Positions 9,588 to 19,072 of a DNA stretch of 52,819 nt are shown here, piece after piece. The stretch lies in IMG/VR virus record IMGVR_UViG_3300024520_000098, positions 1 through 52,819 of that record; one strand, given 5' to 3'. Under the pieces are notes generated by a model. The model had not been told where the DNA came from. It was given only the letters and a program-made list of their open reading frames with translations, and searched no databases. Both the position numbers and the translations under genes were made by a program. The first letter of the stretch is position 1. Every line of letters starts with the position of its first letter. The DNA comes from a virus. Taxonomy: Duplodnaviria; Caudoviricetes.

Positions 9588-10664
9588 GTGCCAGCAGTCA
9601 CAGCTACGATCCCTTTTGATAGGGTCTATTCAACAACTGCCGCAGTTGAACGTTCGACAGTCGCGATGGAAATCGTGCAGGCGAACCCTCTCCTGTGGCA
9701 CATGTACCGTCAAGGTGCAGTCGCTTACGAAGGCGGCACCGAGTGCCGTGTTCCCGTAGTCCTGAATGAGTCTTCCAACGTGGGAGCCATTGGCACCTAC
9801 GCGACCTTCTCGACTACCCCCGAAGACGGTCCCGACAAGGCTCGCTTCCCTGAGTGGTATAAGAACCGCGCATCAATGGTGATTGACAACACTGAGCTTG
9901 CACAGAATCGTGGCAAGTATCAGATCGTCAACTTGCTCAAGGCCAAGCAGGCAATCGCAAAGATTAGCTTGGTTAACGAGCTAGGCCGTCAGATGTACCA
10001 GAACAACGCAGCCCGACCCCTAGAGCTTAACGGTCTTCAGACTGGCTTCTTTGAGTTCGCGGCAGAGGCGGCTCAGGCCGCTATTGTTGGTGGAATCAAT
10101 AAGGCTGCTTACCCCCGCTGGCGCAATCGCTACGGCCTTATGACCGCCTTTGGCACTGACGGACTGGATACTTGGGAAGAGGTGTACATGGATTGTAGCC
10201 AGCGCGGCACACATCCTGACATCATTTTTGCCGACCCAATCATTTACCGCTTCTTCAAGCGGCTCGTTGCCCCGAATCAGGAAGAGCGCGATGTTGCTCT
10301 CTGGAACCAGGGCTTTGAGAACCTGCTCTTTAACGGCACCCCGGTTGTGCCCGACGAGGAGTTGGATGGAACGGGTCAGACCTATTTCGTTACGACCACT
10401 GGCCGACGAAGCGTCACCGACTTCAACTTGAAGCCGGAATACTTTGAGGTCCCTGGCAAGAACCCCTTGGTGCAAGCAAAGGCTACCGGCATCGGTATGC
10501 AGCTTGCTATCTTGAAGGACGACGACTTCCGTCAGACCGCCTTCTTGACGCCGCCTAACAGTGATGTGATTCTCTCGCACCTGTACTTCACAGCAATGAT
10601 GACCACCTCCAGCGAAGGCCGACAAGGCTGCACAGATTTCGCTGGTGGCGCTCCAGTATTTTAG
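9588..10664 (+). CDS. Major capsid protein (HK97 fold)
   Basis: 358 aa after scaffold; STT...NPLL...GG..CRVPV N-term and GFENLLFNGTPVVPD pattern typical of a widespread MCP family; strong RBS. Confidence 0.88.
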   Translation: MPAVTATIPFDRVYSTTAAVERSTVAMEIVQANPLLWHMYRQGAVAYEGGTECRVPVVLNESSNVGAIGTYATFSTTPEDGPDKARFPEWYKNRASMVIDNTELAQNRGKYQIVNLLKAKQAIAKISLVNELGRQMYQNNAARPLELNGLQTGFFEFAAEAAQAAIVGGINKAAYPRWRNRYGLMTAFGTDGLDTWEEVYMDCSQRGTHPDIIFADPIIYRFFKRLVAPNQEERDVALWNQGFENLLFNGTPVVPDEELDGTGQTYFVTTTGRRSVTDFNLKPEYFEVPGKNPLVQAKATGIGMQLAILKDDDFRQTAFLTPPNSDVILSHLYFTAMMTTSSEGRQGCTDFAGGAPVF

Positions 10665-10676
10665 GAGGCTGAGAAT

Positions 10677-11213
10677 ATGTCTGGATTTATGCACGGAGGC
10701 TCAGCCCTCACCCTAGATATTGGTTGCCGTAACGACACTGGCGCTGCCTGCTCTGGTGGCGACATTGTGCAGATTGACTTCCTCCAGCTTGTTGGTGGCG
10801 TCAATGTGGCTCAGGACGGGCTTGGGGCTATCACCCCTCCCGCTCTTGGCGCACCAGCCCTCAACGGCTGGGCGTTCGCCGCAGCCGACCTTGGCTCTGG
10901 CTACATGTCAGTGACAGGCGCTGTCATTGCTCCGCAAGGCCATACAATTATGGCTACCGAAGAAATGACAATCCGCGTGGCTGGCGTTGCCGAGGTTTCG
11001 GTACTTGGTCCCGGTGGCGGCTTAGCCATTGGCGACCTTCTTGATATTAGCCCTGGCGCAAGCAACCTTGTTGATTCTGCGCTGAGCGGTGGCAACCTGG
11101 GAACGGCTACTCCTGCCACGGCAGGACTTCTCCGAGGGGTTGCCCTGGAGACTGTTGCTGCTGGCGTAACCGCCGTTATCTCTGTCTGGCTTAAGCCTTT
11201 CGGTGGTATCTAA
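10677..11213 (+). CDS. Capsid decoration/cement protein
   Basis: G/A/V-rich; GDIV, IRVAGVAEV, GVALE pattern; follows MCP. Confidence 0.65.
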   Translation: MSGFMHGGSALTLDIGCRNDTGAACSGGDIVQIDFLQLVGGVNVAQDGLGAITPPALGAPALNGWAFAAADLGSGYMSVTGAVIAPQGHTIMATEEMTIRVAGVAEVSVLGPGGGLAIGDLLDISPGASNLVDSALSGGNLGTATPATAGLLRGVALETVAAGVTAVISVWLKPFGGI

Positions 11214-11227
11214 AAACTAACGTGTGA

Positions 11228-11250
11228 GCCGGGGGGCTTTGCTCCCCGGC
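11228..11250 (+). terminator. GC-rich hairpin after the capsid/decoration genes
   Basis: GCCGGGGGGC-TTT-GCTCCCCGGC with one G-U pair; no U tract. Confidence 0.55.
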
Positions 11251-11273
11251 AATCACAGCTAGGAGAATTGAAA

Positions 11274-11735
11274 ATGGCTGTAGCAGTACACGTTGGTCGA
11301 GTAGCAAAGGAGTACACTCCTTACGGCTATTCGATTATGGAAGACGTTTCAGGAGCTTTCCGGTTTACCGCCGGTGCTGGCGGTGCGACCGTCTTTTTGC
11401 CTATGTTTGACGATGCAGATGCTCGTATTGAGGCTATCAGTATTATCAGCGAAGGCGGTTATAATCAGGGAGCAGATAACGCTGTTAATAGCTGGGTTAT
11501 ACGGCTTGCAAGCTTTGACGCAGCAGGGGCCGCTACAACGCATGCCCTGGTGATGGACACAAGCACGGTAGTGACCGCAGCACCCCAGATTGGCGCTAAT
11601 GTTAGGGTTTCCGCGACCGCCTCAACCCCGGTGATTGCAGCGGGAAGCACGCTTGCAATTATTGTGGGTGAGAATGGAACCGCTAACGGAAACATTGACG
11701 CGACTGTTTTGGTCCGCGTTCGTCGCAAGGCATAG
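11274..11735 (+). CDS. Virion structural protein
   Basis: AGGAG RBS; beta-rich; in structural operon. Confidence 0.7.
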   Translation: MAVAVHVGRVAKEYTPYGYSIMEDVSGAFRFTAGAGGATVFLPMFDDADARIEAISIISEGGYNQGADNAVNSWVIRLASFDAAGAATTHALVMDTSTVVTAAPQIGANVRVSATASTPVIAAGSTLAIIVGENGTANGNIDATVLVRVRRKA

Positions 11736-11772
11736 TTAATCCCCCGCCCACCTACTCTTTGGAGGGTCGTTC

Positions 11773-13146
11773 GTGAACCTTTCGGAACTCAGAACGGCCC
11801 TCCAAGATAGGCGCGAGGACTATTCGCAAAGCAAGGCGAAGCTTAATCGCCGTATCAATCAAGCGTACCTAGACATGTGCTCTAGGCGTAAGTGGGGCTG
11901 GCTCCGTCGCGAGTACAGCGCCATCACAACTGCCCCCAATACGCAGTTCACGCAGGTTCCCTTCACACAGGGCGACCACGAGATTGACATCCTTGCTGGC
12001 ACAGACGCCCTAATTAGAACTCCTCCGACTGTTTTTGGGACGAGTCTTTTGGTTAACGGAGGGGTCTATAAGGTTGTTTGGGTTGGCGACCTTACTGGGG
12101 TTGTTGGCGCAGAGAGCCAGATCGTTAAAATTGAGCCGCCGTTCCAGGGCGCTACCGGGAACTACGACATCACGATCTTGTACAACGAGATTGCGCTGCC
12201 GAAGGGGTCTTCAGGGGTAGAGGCGGTTTCGTTTACATCAGCCAACTCAGAGCAGCCCCTGTCCTTGGTTGCTTTGTCCACGGCTCAGATGATGTACAGA
12301 GATGCGGGAGAGCAGGGACAGCCTTCCCAGTTTGCCGTGAGCAAGAAGGACCTTATCTCCCGCCCTTTAACGGCGATTCCTCCCGCAGCTATTACCCTAT
12401 CTGCTGGCACCGGAGACGCTACCCAGCGACCGCCGCAGCCGTTAACAGACCCGACTGTAAACCCAAGGTATTACGCATATACCTATGTGAATAACCAGAC
12501 CGGAGCGGAGTCTATTCTCAGCCCGCCCACCGTAAGCCCAACCACAATGGCTGGGGCTCCCGGTGGCGAGCTTAGGGTTCTCTTTCAAAAGACAGACCTC
12601 ACCATAAAAGAAGATTTTACAATCAACCTCTACAGCACAACTGCGGGTGGAGACGCAAACACCTTTTACTTTGTGGGTGATTCGGGTGGGGTCACTGACC
12701 CAATGTTCCGTCTTCAAAACAACGCTAGCGACCAATACTTAATTGAATCTGGTAAATACAGAGCGCCAGACTCCGGTGGCATTCTGTCTCTTCGCTTCTT
12801 CCCAACACCCAACGACATCTACAAGGTGACTGCTGTTTACAGCGTGTCTGCTAGGGCTATGGGCGAAGATGCCGATGTCCCTGTATTCAACGCAGACTTT
12901 CACCAAGTCATTCTCGACGGGGCAGAGGCCCTTATGCTTGAAGCCTCTGATGAGCAGCGCAGAGCGAATCAGGCGCGAGGTCGATACGAGCAGGGTATCG
13001 CTCGTATGATTCAGCTAGACCGGCTCAACGCACAACAAAGAGTTGTTATCGGCGGGAAGAGGCGCATCACTGGTCGCCTAACCGCATGGAACAACTCATT
13101 CCCCAACTGGGGCCCAAGCGGTCCCGGCTGGCCCTACCCGCCGTAG
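11773..13146 (+). CDS. Head-tail adaptor (tail tubular A-like) with large inserted domains
   Basis: N-term LSELR..INQAY..WGWL and C-term P.P..Y..D.DVPVF..DFHQVI..GA adaptor signature. Confidence 0.75.
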   Translation: MNLSELRTALQDRREDYSQSKAKLNRRINQAYLDMCSRRKWGWLRREYSAITTAPNTQFTQVPFTQGDHEIDILAGTDALIRTPPTVFGTSLLVNGGVYKVVWVGDLTGVVGAESQIVKIEPPFQGATGNYDITILYNEIALPKGSSGVEAVSFTSANSEQPLSLVALSTAQMMYRDAGEQGQPSQFAVSKKDLISRPLTAIPPAAITLSAGTGDATQRPPQPLTDPTVNPRYYAYTYVNNQTGAESILSPPTVSPTTMAGAPGGELRVLFQKTDLTIKEDFTINLYSTTAGGDANTFYFVGDSGGVTDPMFRLQNNASDQYLIESGKYRAPDSGGILSLRFFPTPNDIYKVTAVYSVSARAMGEDADVPVFNADFHQVILDGAEALMLEASDEQRRANQARGRYEQGIARMIQLDRLNAQQRVVIGGKRRITGRLTAWNNSFPNWGPSGPGWPYPP

Positions 13147-13149
13147 CCC

Positions 13150-15393
13150 GTGTCTGACGGTAAGGGAAAGAGGAAGAAGTTTGAGCCGCTACAGATACGC
13201 GGAATAGATACCCGCGTCTGGCAAAAGGAGGGCTCTTCTAACGATATAAAGGGAGCGCTCTTCACTGTCAGGGGAGAAGTCGCGAAGGCTCCAGGCATAA
13301 AGCCTATATACGATGTCTACCATCCAGACGGGGGAACCCCTCTCTTTTGGCCGGGGATGAAGTTAGCAGGCCCTGGCGGGGCAAGCACCCCATTCAACGG
13401 TCCTCTATACGCGCTAGGGGCGTTTCACCACCACGGCATTACCGACTTAATCGCCCAATTCAATGACTCGGGCGGCGAGTTTAGCCATCTTGTTGTCATT
13501 AGACCGACAATTGGCAGTGCGGTGACAATAGACCCGTTCGTTGGGGCTCAGCTTAACGGGCTATCTCCAGCGCGAGGACCCGGAGACTCTTATAGGTTTG
13601 TTCAGTCTGGTGACATACTTATATGCACGAATGGAGTTGACCCGAACTACAAGTGGGATGGGTATAAGTTTTCTCCGCTAGGGATAAGCGATCTCCCGCC
13701 AGCCCCAGTTGTTCCGGTAAAGTCCGTGACTGATGTTTCGTATATAGTCGGCTCTGGTGCCTCCCTTTTTGTCAACAACGCTCAGGGGCCTTGCTATATC
13801 GAGAATAGTCCAAAGGGCCTGTGGGGCGACTTCTCGATAAAGGTAGACACCACCTCTGTTCAGCCTCAGAGATTCCAGTATCGAATGACTTGGGTGAACG
13901 ACAAGGGCCAGGAGTCTGAGGGGGGCAGCGTGTCTAACTCGCTGACTGACGCCGGGTGGGTTTCGACAGACTCTATATTGCCAAACCCAAGCGACGTTCC
14001 CTTTCCAGAGTGGGGAAACAACAACGGCGCTTATTATGTAGTTAAGGTTGATGGGCTAGCCGCCGACGTTCCGTCTATAGACATTGTGGCTAGGCACCTC
14101 TATCGCTCTACCGATGGGGGGCTTACATGGCTATTTCACTCAAGGCTTCCTGGGAACAACACAGAGACGCTTTGGGATTATGTGAGCCCAGGGGAGCTAG
14201 ACCCTACCGCAGAGCTTGCCTCAGACGGGTCTGGGAAGGCCCCTCCCATCGCAACGTGGGCATTTCCCTACAGAACGAGGACCTACTACGGGGGCCTCTA
14301 CTCGATGAACTCTACCCTCGCCTACTCCAACAAGAATGGCGGCAAAGAGGGGGTGGCTACAGCCAACTACATAGATCTCGGGAGCCACGACCCAGACGCG
14401 CTTACTGGGTATTCGGTATCCCAGGATTACGCCCTGATATTTAAGCGAAGAAGCTTTTACATGCTTACGCATGACAAGGAAGAGCTTCCAATCATTACTC
14501 CAATATCTCAGGGAGTAGGGGCTGTTTCTGATAAAGCCATAGCCTCCTTTGAGGGAAAGACTTATTGGATCTCAGAGATGGGCTTTTACTCATACGATGG
14601 GTCTAAAGCGTATGCCATGAGCCTGGAGCTTAATGAGAGGTTTAAGAGCCTTCCCCCAGCGAAGCTTAGGGACGCCTTCTGTTGGATAGATCCAGCAGAG
14701 CGAAGAGTCATGTTTAGCGTTTGCGGTGGCCCAGGTGATGTGAATGAAGACGTTTGGGCGATTCACGTAGACAGCGGAGCCTTCTCCATACTTGATGGTT
14801 ATGAGATTGCCTCCGCTGTTAGCTACGACAAGTACACTTATGTTGGATATAGAGACACAAATAACAACATCTATGACTTAGGCATGTGGGGGGTTCAGAG
14901 CGAGATAGGTGGGTACCACTCTGTAACCCCCGTACTTCCCCCGTCTCCTACCAGTGGTTCGTTTGAAACAGCGTGGCTTACCCTAGACAACCCAAACTCT
15001 GACAAGACCTTTCAGCGCCTTGATGTCTTCTATGTCCAGACAACTAAAAATCCAATCAACTTCTCTTGGTATTTAGATTGGGATGATCGCTACTCTGGGA
15101 CTAAATCAATAACCCTTGCAGAGGATGCGGCGACCACATGGGGAACATCGGCAAGCACGATTAACTGGGATAGCGGAATACTCTGGGACTCAGAGCGGGT
15201 TCGCTCTCTTAGAATTGACTTGGTTGATACCGAGGAACGCTCTCTTCACGGCAAGGCCATTAAGTTTAAGTTCAAAGACAAGGACGTTGTGGAGGACACG
15301 GAGACCCCCTGGAAGATTGTTGGATTCCTCCTTTGCTATACAGACTTTGGAACGAGGTCAGAGGGCACAGACCTCTCCCCGGAGACGGCATGA
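13150..15393 (+). CDS. Tail nozzle / tubular protein B-like (beta-propeller)
   Basis: 747 aa after adaptor; NGVDPNYKWDG, LIFKRRS, GVGAVS, GFYSYDG, KTFQRL motifs. Confidence 0.8.
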   Translation: MSDGKGKRKKFEPLQIRGIDTRVWQKEGSSNDIKGALFTVRGEVAKAPGIKPIYDVYHPDGGTPLFWPGMKLAGPGGASTPFNGPLYALGAFHHHGITDLIAQFNDSGGEFSHLVVIRPTIGSAVTIDPFVGAQLNGLSPARGPGDSYRFVQSGDILICTNGVDPNYKWDGYKFSPLGISDLPPAPVVPVKSVTDVSYIVGSGASLFVNNAQGPCYIENSPKGLWGDFSIKVDTTSVQPQRFQYRMTWVNDKGQESEGGSVSNSLTDAGWVSTDSILPNPSDVPFPEWGNNNGAYYVVKVDGLAADVPSIDIVARHLYRSTDGGLTWLFHSRLPGNNTETLWDYVSPGELDPTAELASDGSGKAPPIATWAFPYRTRTYYGGLYSMNSTLAYSNKNGGKEGVATANYIDLGSHDPDALTGYSVSQDYALIFKRRSFYMLTHDKEELPIITPISQGVGAVSDKAIASFEGKTYWISEMGFYSYDGSKAYAMSLELNERFKSLPPAKLRDAFCWIDPAERRVMFSVCGGPGDVNEDVWAIHVDSGAFSILDGYEIASAVSYDKYTYVGYRDTNNNIYDLGMWGVQSEIGGYHSVTPVLPPSPTSGSFETAWLTLDNPNSDKTFQRLDVFYVQTTKNPINFSWYLDWDDRYSGTKSITLAEDAATTWGTSASTINWDSGILWDSERVRSLRIDLVDTEERSLHGKAIKFKFKDKDVVEDTETPWKIVGFLLCYTDFGTRSEGTDLSPETA

Positions 15394-15593
15394 GCGAAAA
15401 GCAACGTCTCATAGATAGGCTTATGACTGCGTTGCAGGAGCTTGATGTTGGGTTTTCCACCGCATCAGCAAGGCTCAATCCTTTGATAGCCGTAAACAGA
15501 GCCCTGTCCAAAGCAGGGGCTGCAAGAATAAACAGCATAGATGAGGTGACTGAGCTACGAAGAGCGCTCTCTTCCGCAGAAAGGCTTCTCTGA
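15390..15593 (+). CDS. Small hypothetical protein
   Basis: ATGA overlap with nozzle gene and TGATG overlap with next gene. Confidence 0.65.
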   Translation: MSEKQRLIDRLMTALQELDVGFSTASARLNPLIAVNRALSKAGAARINSIDEVTELRRALSSAERLL

Positions 15594-16285
15594 TGCTGTA
15601 TGTCAAGAAGGGTATGTTTGCCAGCCCAAACGTGGCTTCAGCAGAAGAGCTAAACAGGGAGTTTAATCGTGCAGTTGATTCTGTTTCCAGAATTGACCAC
15701 ATGATGATTTTTCCGTCCTCACTCAGTAGAGACAACTTCTTAAAGCCATACGAAAGCACCAGGGCTCCTTCGTCAACTCACAACATTGCTTACGCCATAG
15801 GAGGAGGGTCCGCTCAGACGTTGTTTCAGGTATCAAAGGTGACTGGCGCTGGAAACCTCGTAGATTTTAATGAGTACGGCAATAGGGTGCTGGTAGACCT
15901 GAGAGACGGGACCCTAGCGGTCGCATCCCAAAGCCCTCGCATGGAGCTAAACTTTTACCTAGCTGATTATGCAAAGGTAATTATTGTTGGTTGCTGTCAA
16001 TACACAAGCAGCTACCCAGGAGTTACCCATCCAGATTTCGTAGACCTCAGGCTCCAGGTTGTCGTTAACGGGACCAGGGGAAGCATTGAGCAGAGAGCTA
16101 TTGAGGGGGACGGGTATGGCAAGGTTCAGTGCGGCCTAAGCATCCTTGATAGTGTGGTGCTTCCAGGGGGCACCCACAGGATTGGCCTTGCTGTTTCCGA
16201 GGGGATGGATGAAGCCTCTGTTACCGGGGGCTTGCAGGGAGAGATAACCAAGGCAACGATTTCTGCGATTGGCTTGTATAGATAA
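15593..16285 (+). CDS. Tail-associated protein (paralog 1)
   Basis: N-term ASAEELNREFN tail-anchor-like motif; beta-rich C-term. Confidence 0.65.
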   Translation: MLYVKKGMFASPNVASAEELNREFNRAVDSVSRIDHMMIFPSSLSRDNFLKPYESTRAPSSTHNIAYAIGGGSAQTLFQVSKVTGAGNLVDFNEYGNRVLVDLRDGTLAVASQSPRMELNFYLADYAKVIIVGCCQYTSSYPGVTHPDFVDLRLQVVVNGTRGSIEQRAIEGDGYGKVQCGLSILDSVVLPGGTHRIGLAVSEGMDEASVTGGLQGEITKATISAIGLYR

Positions 16286-16932
16286 TGTCTGGCGTAAGCT
16301 TTAAGTTCATCCCAGGTGAAGCGATTACCAGGGCAACTGTTAATCAGAACTTTACGGATTTGGTTACAGCGTCATCTACCATTGAGCCAAGCGCGGTGCT
16401 TGATGGGACGATTCTTCCAGTCCATATAAACCCAACTGATGCGACTGTCCTAAAGGACTTTTACCAGCATAAGAGAGAGGTAAGCGTTGCTGCCGCTGGC
16501 GCAAAGACTCCCATAGCCGGAAGCAACGCTACAGGAGGAGCCCAGATAACCCAGGTTGGCAATAACGATGTAATCCTTGTCTCAGCCTTTGCTGAGTTTG
16601 AATACAACAATCCCCTCGCTGCGGCTGTGTTCCTTGCTTATGACATAGGAACCCTAAGCATAGATTCGGGGATACCCGCCGCTAATGTCCCGATCCCTGG
16701 CGATGGAGGGGTTGACTCCTGCTCTAGGATTTACGAAACACAGCACGGGGTTAACGGCGGGAAGTATGATTCAATAGTTAGGACTACGTGCCAGCTTGAC
16801 TGGACCTTCCAGGCTGTATTTCCTCACGCAAATAGCCCTCAGTACATAACGCTTTACTGGCACCCCCCGGTGACTAACGCAAATCTGACTTGCACTAGCG
16901 CTGGTGTATACGTTTACATAATAAAACGATGA
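16285..16932 (+). CDS. Tail-associated protein (paralog 2)
   Basis: N-term FIPGEAITRATVNQNFTDL; beta-rich C-term. Confidence 0.65.
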   Translation: MSGVSFKFIPGEAITRATVNQNFTDLVTASSTIEPSAVLDGTILPVHINPTDATVLKDFYQHKREVSVAAAGAKTPIAGSNATGGAQITQVGNNDVILVSAFAEFEYNNPLAAAVFLAYDIGTLSIDSGIPAANVPIPGDGGVDSCSRIYETQHGVNGGKYDSIVRTTCQLDWTFQAVFPHANSPQYITLYWHPPVTNANLTCTSAGVYVYIIKR

Positions 16933-17687
16933 CTACTTACGTACCTACCGTTATTGGCGCTGGACCGTTCGATGGCTCCGTTGTTGATGACAATTTCGAC
17001 AAGTTTCAGACAGCGACTGGAGCGCTTACCGGGACTAACTTTGCCAACACAGACGACCTTGGCTTCAGAAACATGCACCCAGGCTCTGTAACAGAGACCT
17101 TTGTGGAGAATGGGAACCCTGTCGTTGCGATATACAATGCGTTTTCGGCCCTTGATTCGAACCTAGCAAGACAGCCTTACCCTAGCGGGAAGAGAAGCCC
17201 TTTCGTGAACGTGGTTCACGACACCGAGGTTTCCTTTGTAGCAAAAGCTGATGGCGAAGTTTTTGTGGTTTCTTCAGCAGCCCTTAGCAGGCCTAAGTGT
17301 CACTGGATAGTAACGGCCACAAATAGAACTTATTTCAATGTGTACGCCTACCTAAGAATGGCCGAGGGCCTTAACCAGGGGACCGCAGCCAGTACGGGCA
17401 TAATTGGCGCGGCTAACTACACATGGACATTTGGGCAAGAGTCCTCTGAGCGAGTTGGGCAGGATCTTAGGGCTTGCGGTCATCAGACCATAACCTCTGG
17501 GGAGAGGTATTCTTTTTGGCTGGAGCTAAGCATAAGTGCCTCGACAGTTCTCCCTACCGGGGTGATTGCAATGGACCCCTGGCCGATTGGGTCAGCGACT
17601 AACCCAACATACTTTCCTGAGGGGGCTCCTGCTGTTTCCATTTATGGTTCTTCCAGACAAACGGTTGCTACCTGTATATACAAGTAG
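16929..17687 (+). CDS. Tail-associated protein (paralog 3)
   Basis: N-term GPFDGSVVDDNFDKF; beta-rich C-term. Confidence 0.65.
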   Translation: MTTYVPTVIGAGPFDGSVVDDNFDKFQTATGALTGTNFANTDDLGFRNMHPGSVTETFVENGNPVVAIYNAFSALDSNLARQPYPSGKRSPFVNVVHDTEVSFVAKADGEVFVVSSAALSRPKCHWIVTATNRTYFNVYAYLRMAEGLNQGTAASTGIIGAANYTWTFGQESSERVGQDLRACGHQTITSGERYSFWLELSISASTVLPTGVIAMDPWPIGSATNPTYFPEGAPAVSIYGSSRQTVATCIYK

Positions 17688-17698
17688 AGGAGTGATTT

Positions 17699-18271
17699 AT
17701 GGCTGCTACTGAGTTCACATGGGACCCTGCTGTTGAGGCACAACGAGCTTCGGCTGAAGAGTCTCGCCTTGCTGGGTCGATGGACCAGCAGCTTCTTCGC
17801 GGATACCAAGACCTTTTTGACGAGGAGTCTCGTGCTCAACTAGCCGGGGCTCAAGACAAGAAGCTCGCAAACTTTGCGCGACTTAACCAATCCATGCTGT
17901 CGCCCACTCGCCCAGGCTCTGCCGGAATTACATACGGAAGAGATGTTGCAAGGGCCGCTGCGACTCGTGGAGCGCTTCAAAGGCTCTTCGAGAGAGACGA
18001 GCTTGCTGGTCGATTTGCTGCTGATGCAGAGCAGCAGGCGGCTACAAATAAGTTTCTTCAAGAGAGGCAGTACGCCAGAAACCTTGACCAAATGGCTAAG
18101 CTTGGCCTCTTCAACCAAGTAACGGGCGCTGCTCTTACAGGGGGAACGATGGCGGCTCATGGCATTCAGCGGGCTGTTCCCAGGAATACTGGAGAAGTAG
18201 GCCCTGCTCCAGAGACTGTTGCTTTGAATAACCAGTTAGGCCCTGCGCTTGACAATGTATACAGGAGCTAG
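17699..18271 (+). CDS. Internal virion / ejection protein
   Basis: Helical, A/Q-rich, Cys-free; position after tail genes. Confidence 0.6.
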   Translation: MAATEFTWDPAVEAQRASAEESRLAGSMDQQLLRGYQDLFDEESRAQLAGAQDKKLANFARLNQSMLSPTRPGSAGITYGRDVARAAATRGALQRLFERDELAGRFAADAEQQAATNKFLQERQYARNLDQMAKLGLFNQVTGAALTGGTMAAHGIQRAVPRNTGEVGPAPETVALNNQLGPALDNVYRS

Positions 18272-18274
18272 GTT

Positions 18275-19069
18275 ATGGCTATTGAGACAAGGCAACAGCT
18301 TGATAGGGCTATAGCCGACAGGGGTCGATCTGCTGTTGAGCAAGAGCTTCAAAGCGGTGACTTTGGGGTATCTCTTTCCGACATAAGCGAAGGGCTTTAT
18401 CAGAAATGGGCTCGCGATAAGGCGTCAGGGATGATTCGGGGGAACCCTGTTTCTGGTGCGTTTGGTAGGTCTGCTCAGACAGCGCTAGGCAGACTGTCTG
18501 GCTTAAAGGCCGCTGTGAGGCCAGAGTTTGAACTGGCCGGAAAAGAAGCCTTTTCAAATGAGATGAAGAAGGCCCGCGTAGACGCTCAAAAGCTTGCTCA
18601 GAAAGCAATGCCTGGAATATCTCAGGGCTACAGGAGCGCCTTAGAGGGCTTGGCTAGGGCAAGAGGGAATCGCTTGGAAAACGCCAACCTAGCGGGAGGC
18701 ACGGCGCTTGGCCTTCTCGGCGGGGGATTGGGGGTTGCTGGCGGAATACTTTCAGCAATTCCTATTACAGCCCCTCTCGGCATTGCCCTTACTGCCGCTG
18801 GCGCTGGAACAGGGATTGCCGGTAAAGCGGCGCAGGCCGCAGAGACAAAGAGGATTGGTGAATTAACACAGAAAGACCTCACTACGGCTGGGGGGTTCAC
18901 GACTCCCGAGGTTCGCGTTGATAAGCTTGACCTCCCGTCTTCAAATATAAGTCTTGCTGGCTCGTCTTCCGCCCCACGGTTTAATCTTCTGGGCCAGGAA
19001 GATCAGGATTACTTCTCCAACGCTCTTCGCGGCTTTAATACCTATCCCGATCAAGAAAGGTATCTATAA
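18275..19069 (+). CDS. Internal virion / ejection protein with glycine-zipper membrane segment
   Basis: GTALGLLGGGLGVAGGILSAIPITAPLGIALTAAG; Cys-free. Confidence 0.65.
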   Translation: MAIETRQQLDRAIADRGRSAVEQELQSGDFGVSLSDISEGLYQKWARDKASGMIRGNPVSGAFGRSAQTALGRLSGLKAAVRPEFELAGKEAFSNEMKKARVDAQKLAQKAMPGISQGYRSALEGLARARGNRLENANLAGGTALGLLGGGLGVAGGILSAIPITAPLGIALTAAGAGTGIAGKAAQAAETKRIGELTQKDLTTAGGFTTPEVRVDKLDLPSSNISLAGSSSAPRFNLLGQEDQDYFSNALRGFNTYPDQERYL

Positions 19070-19072
19070 CAA

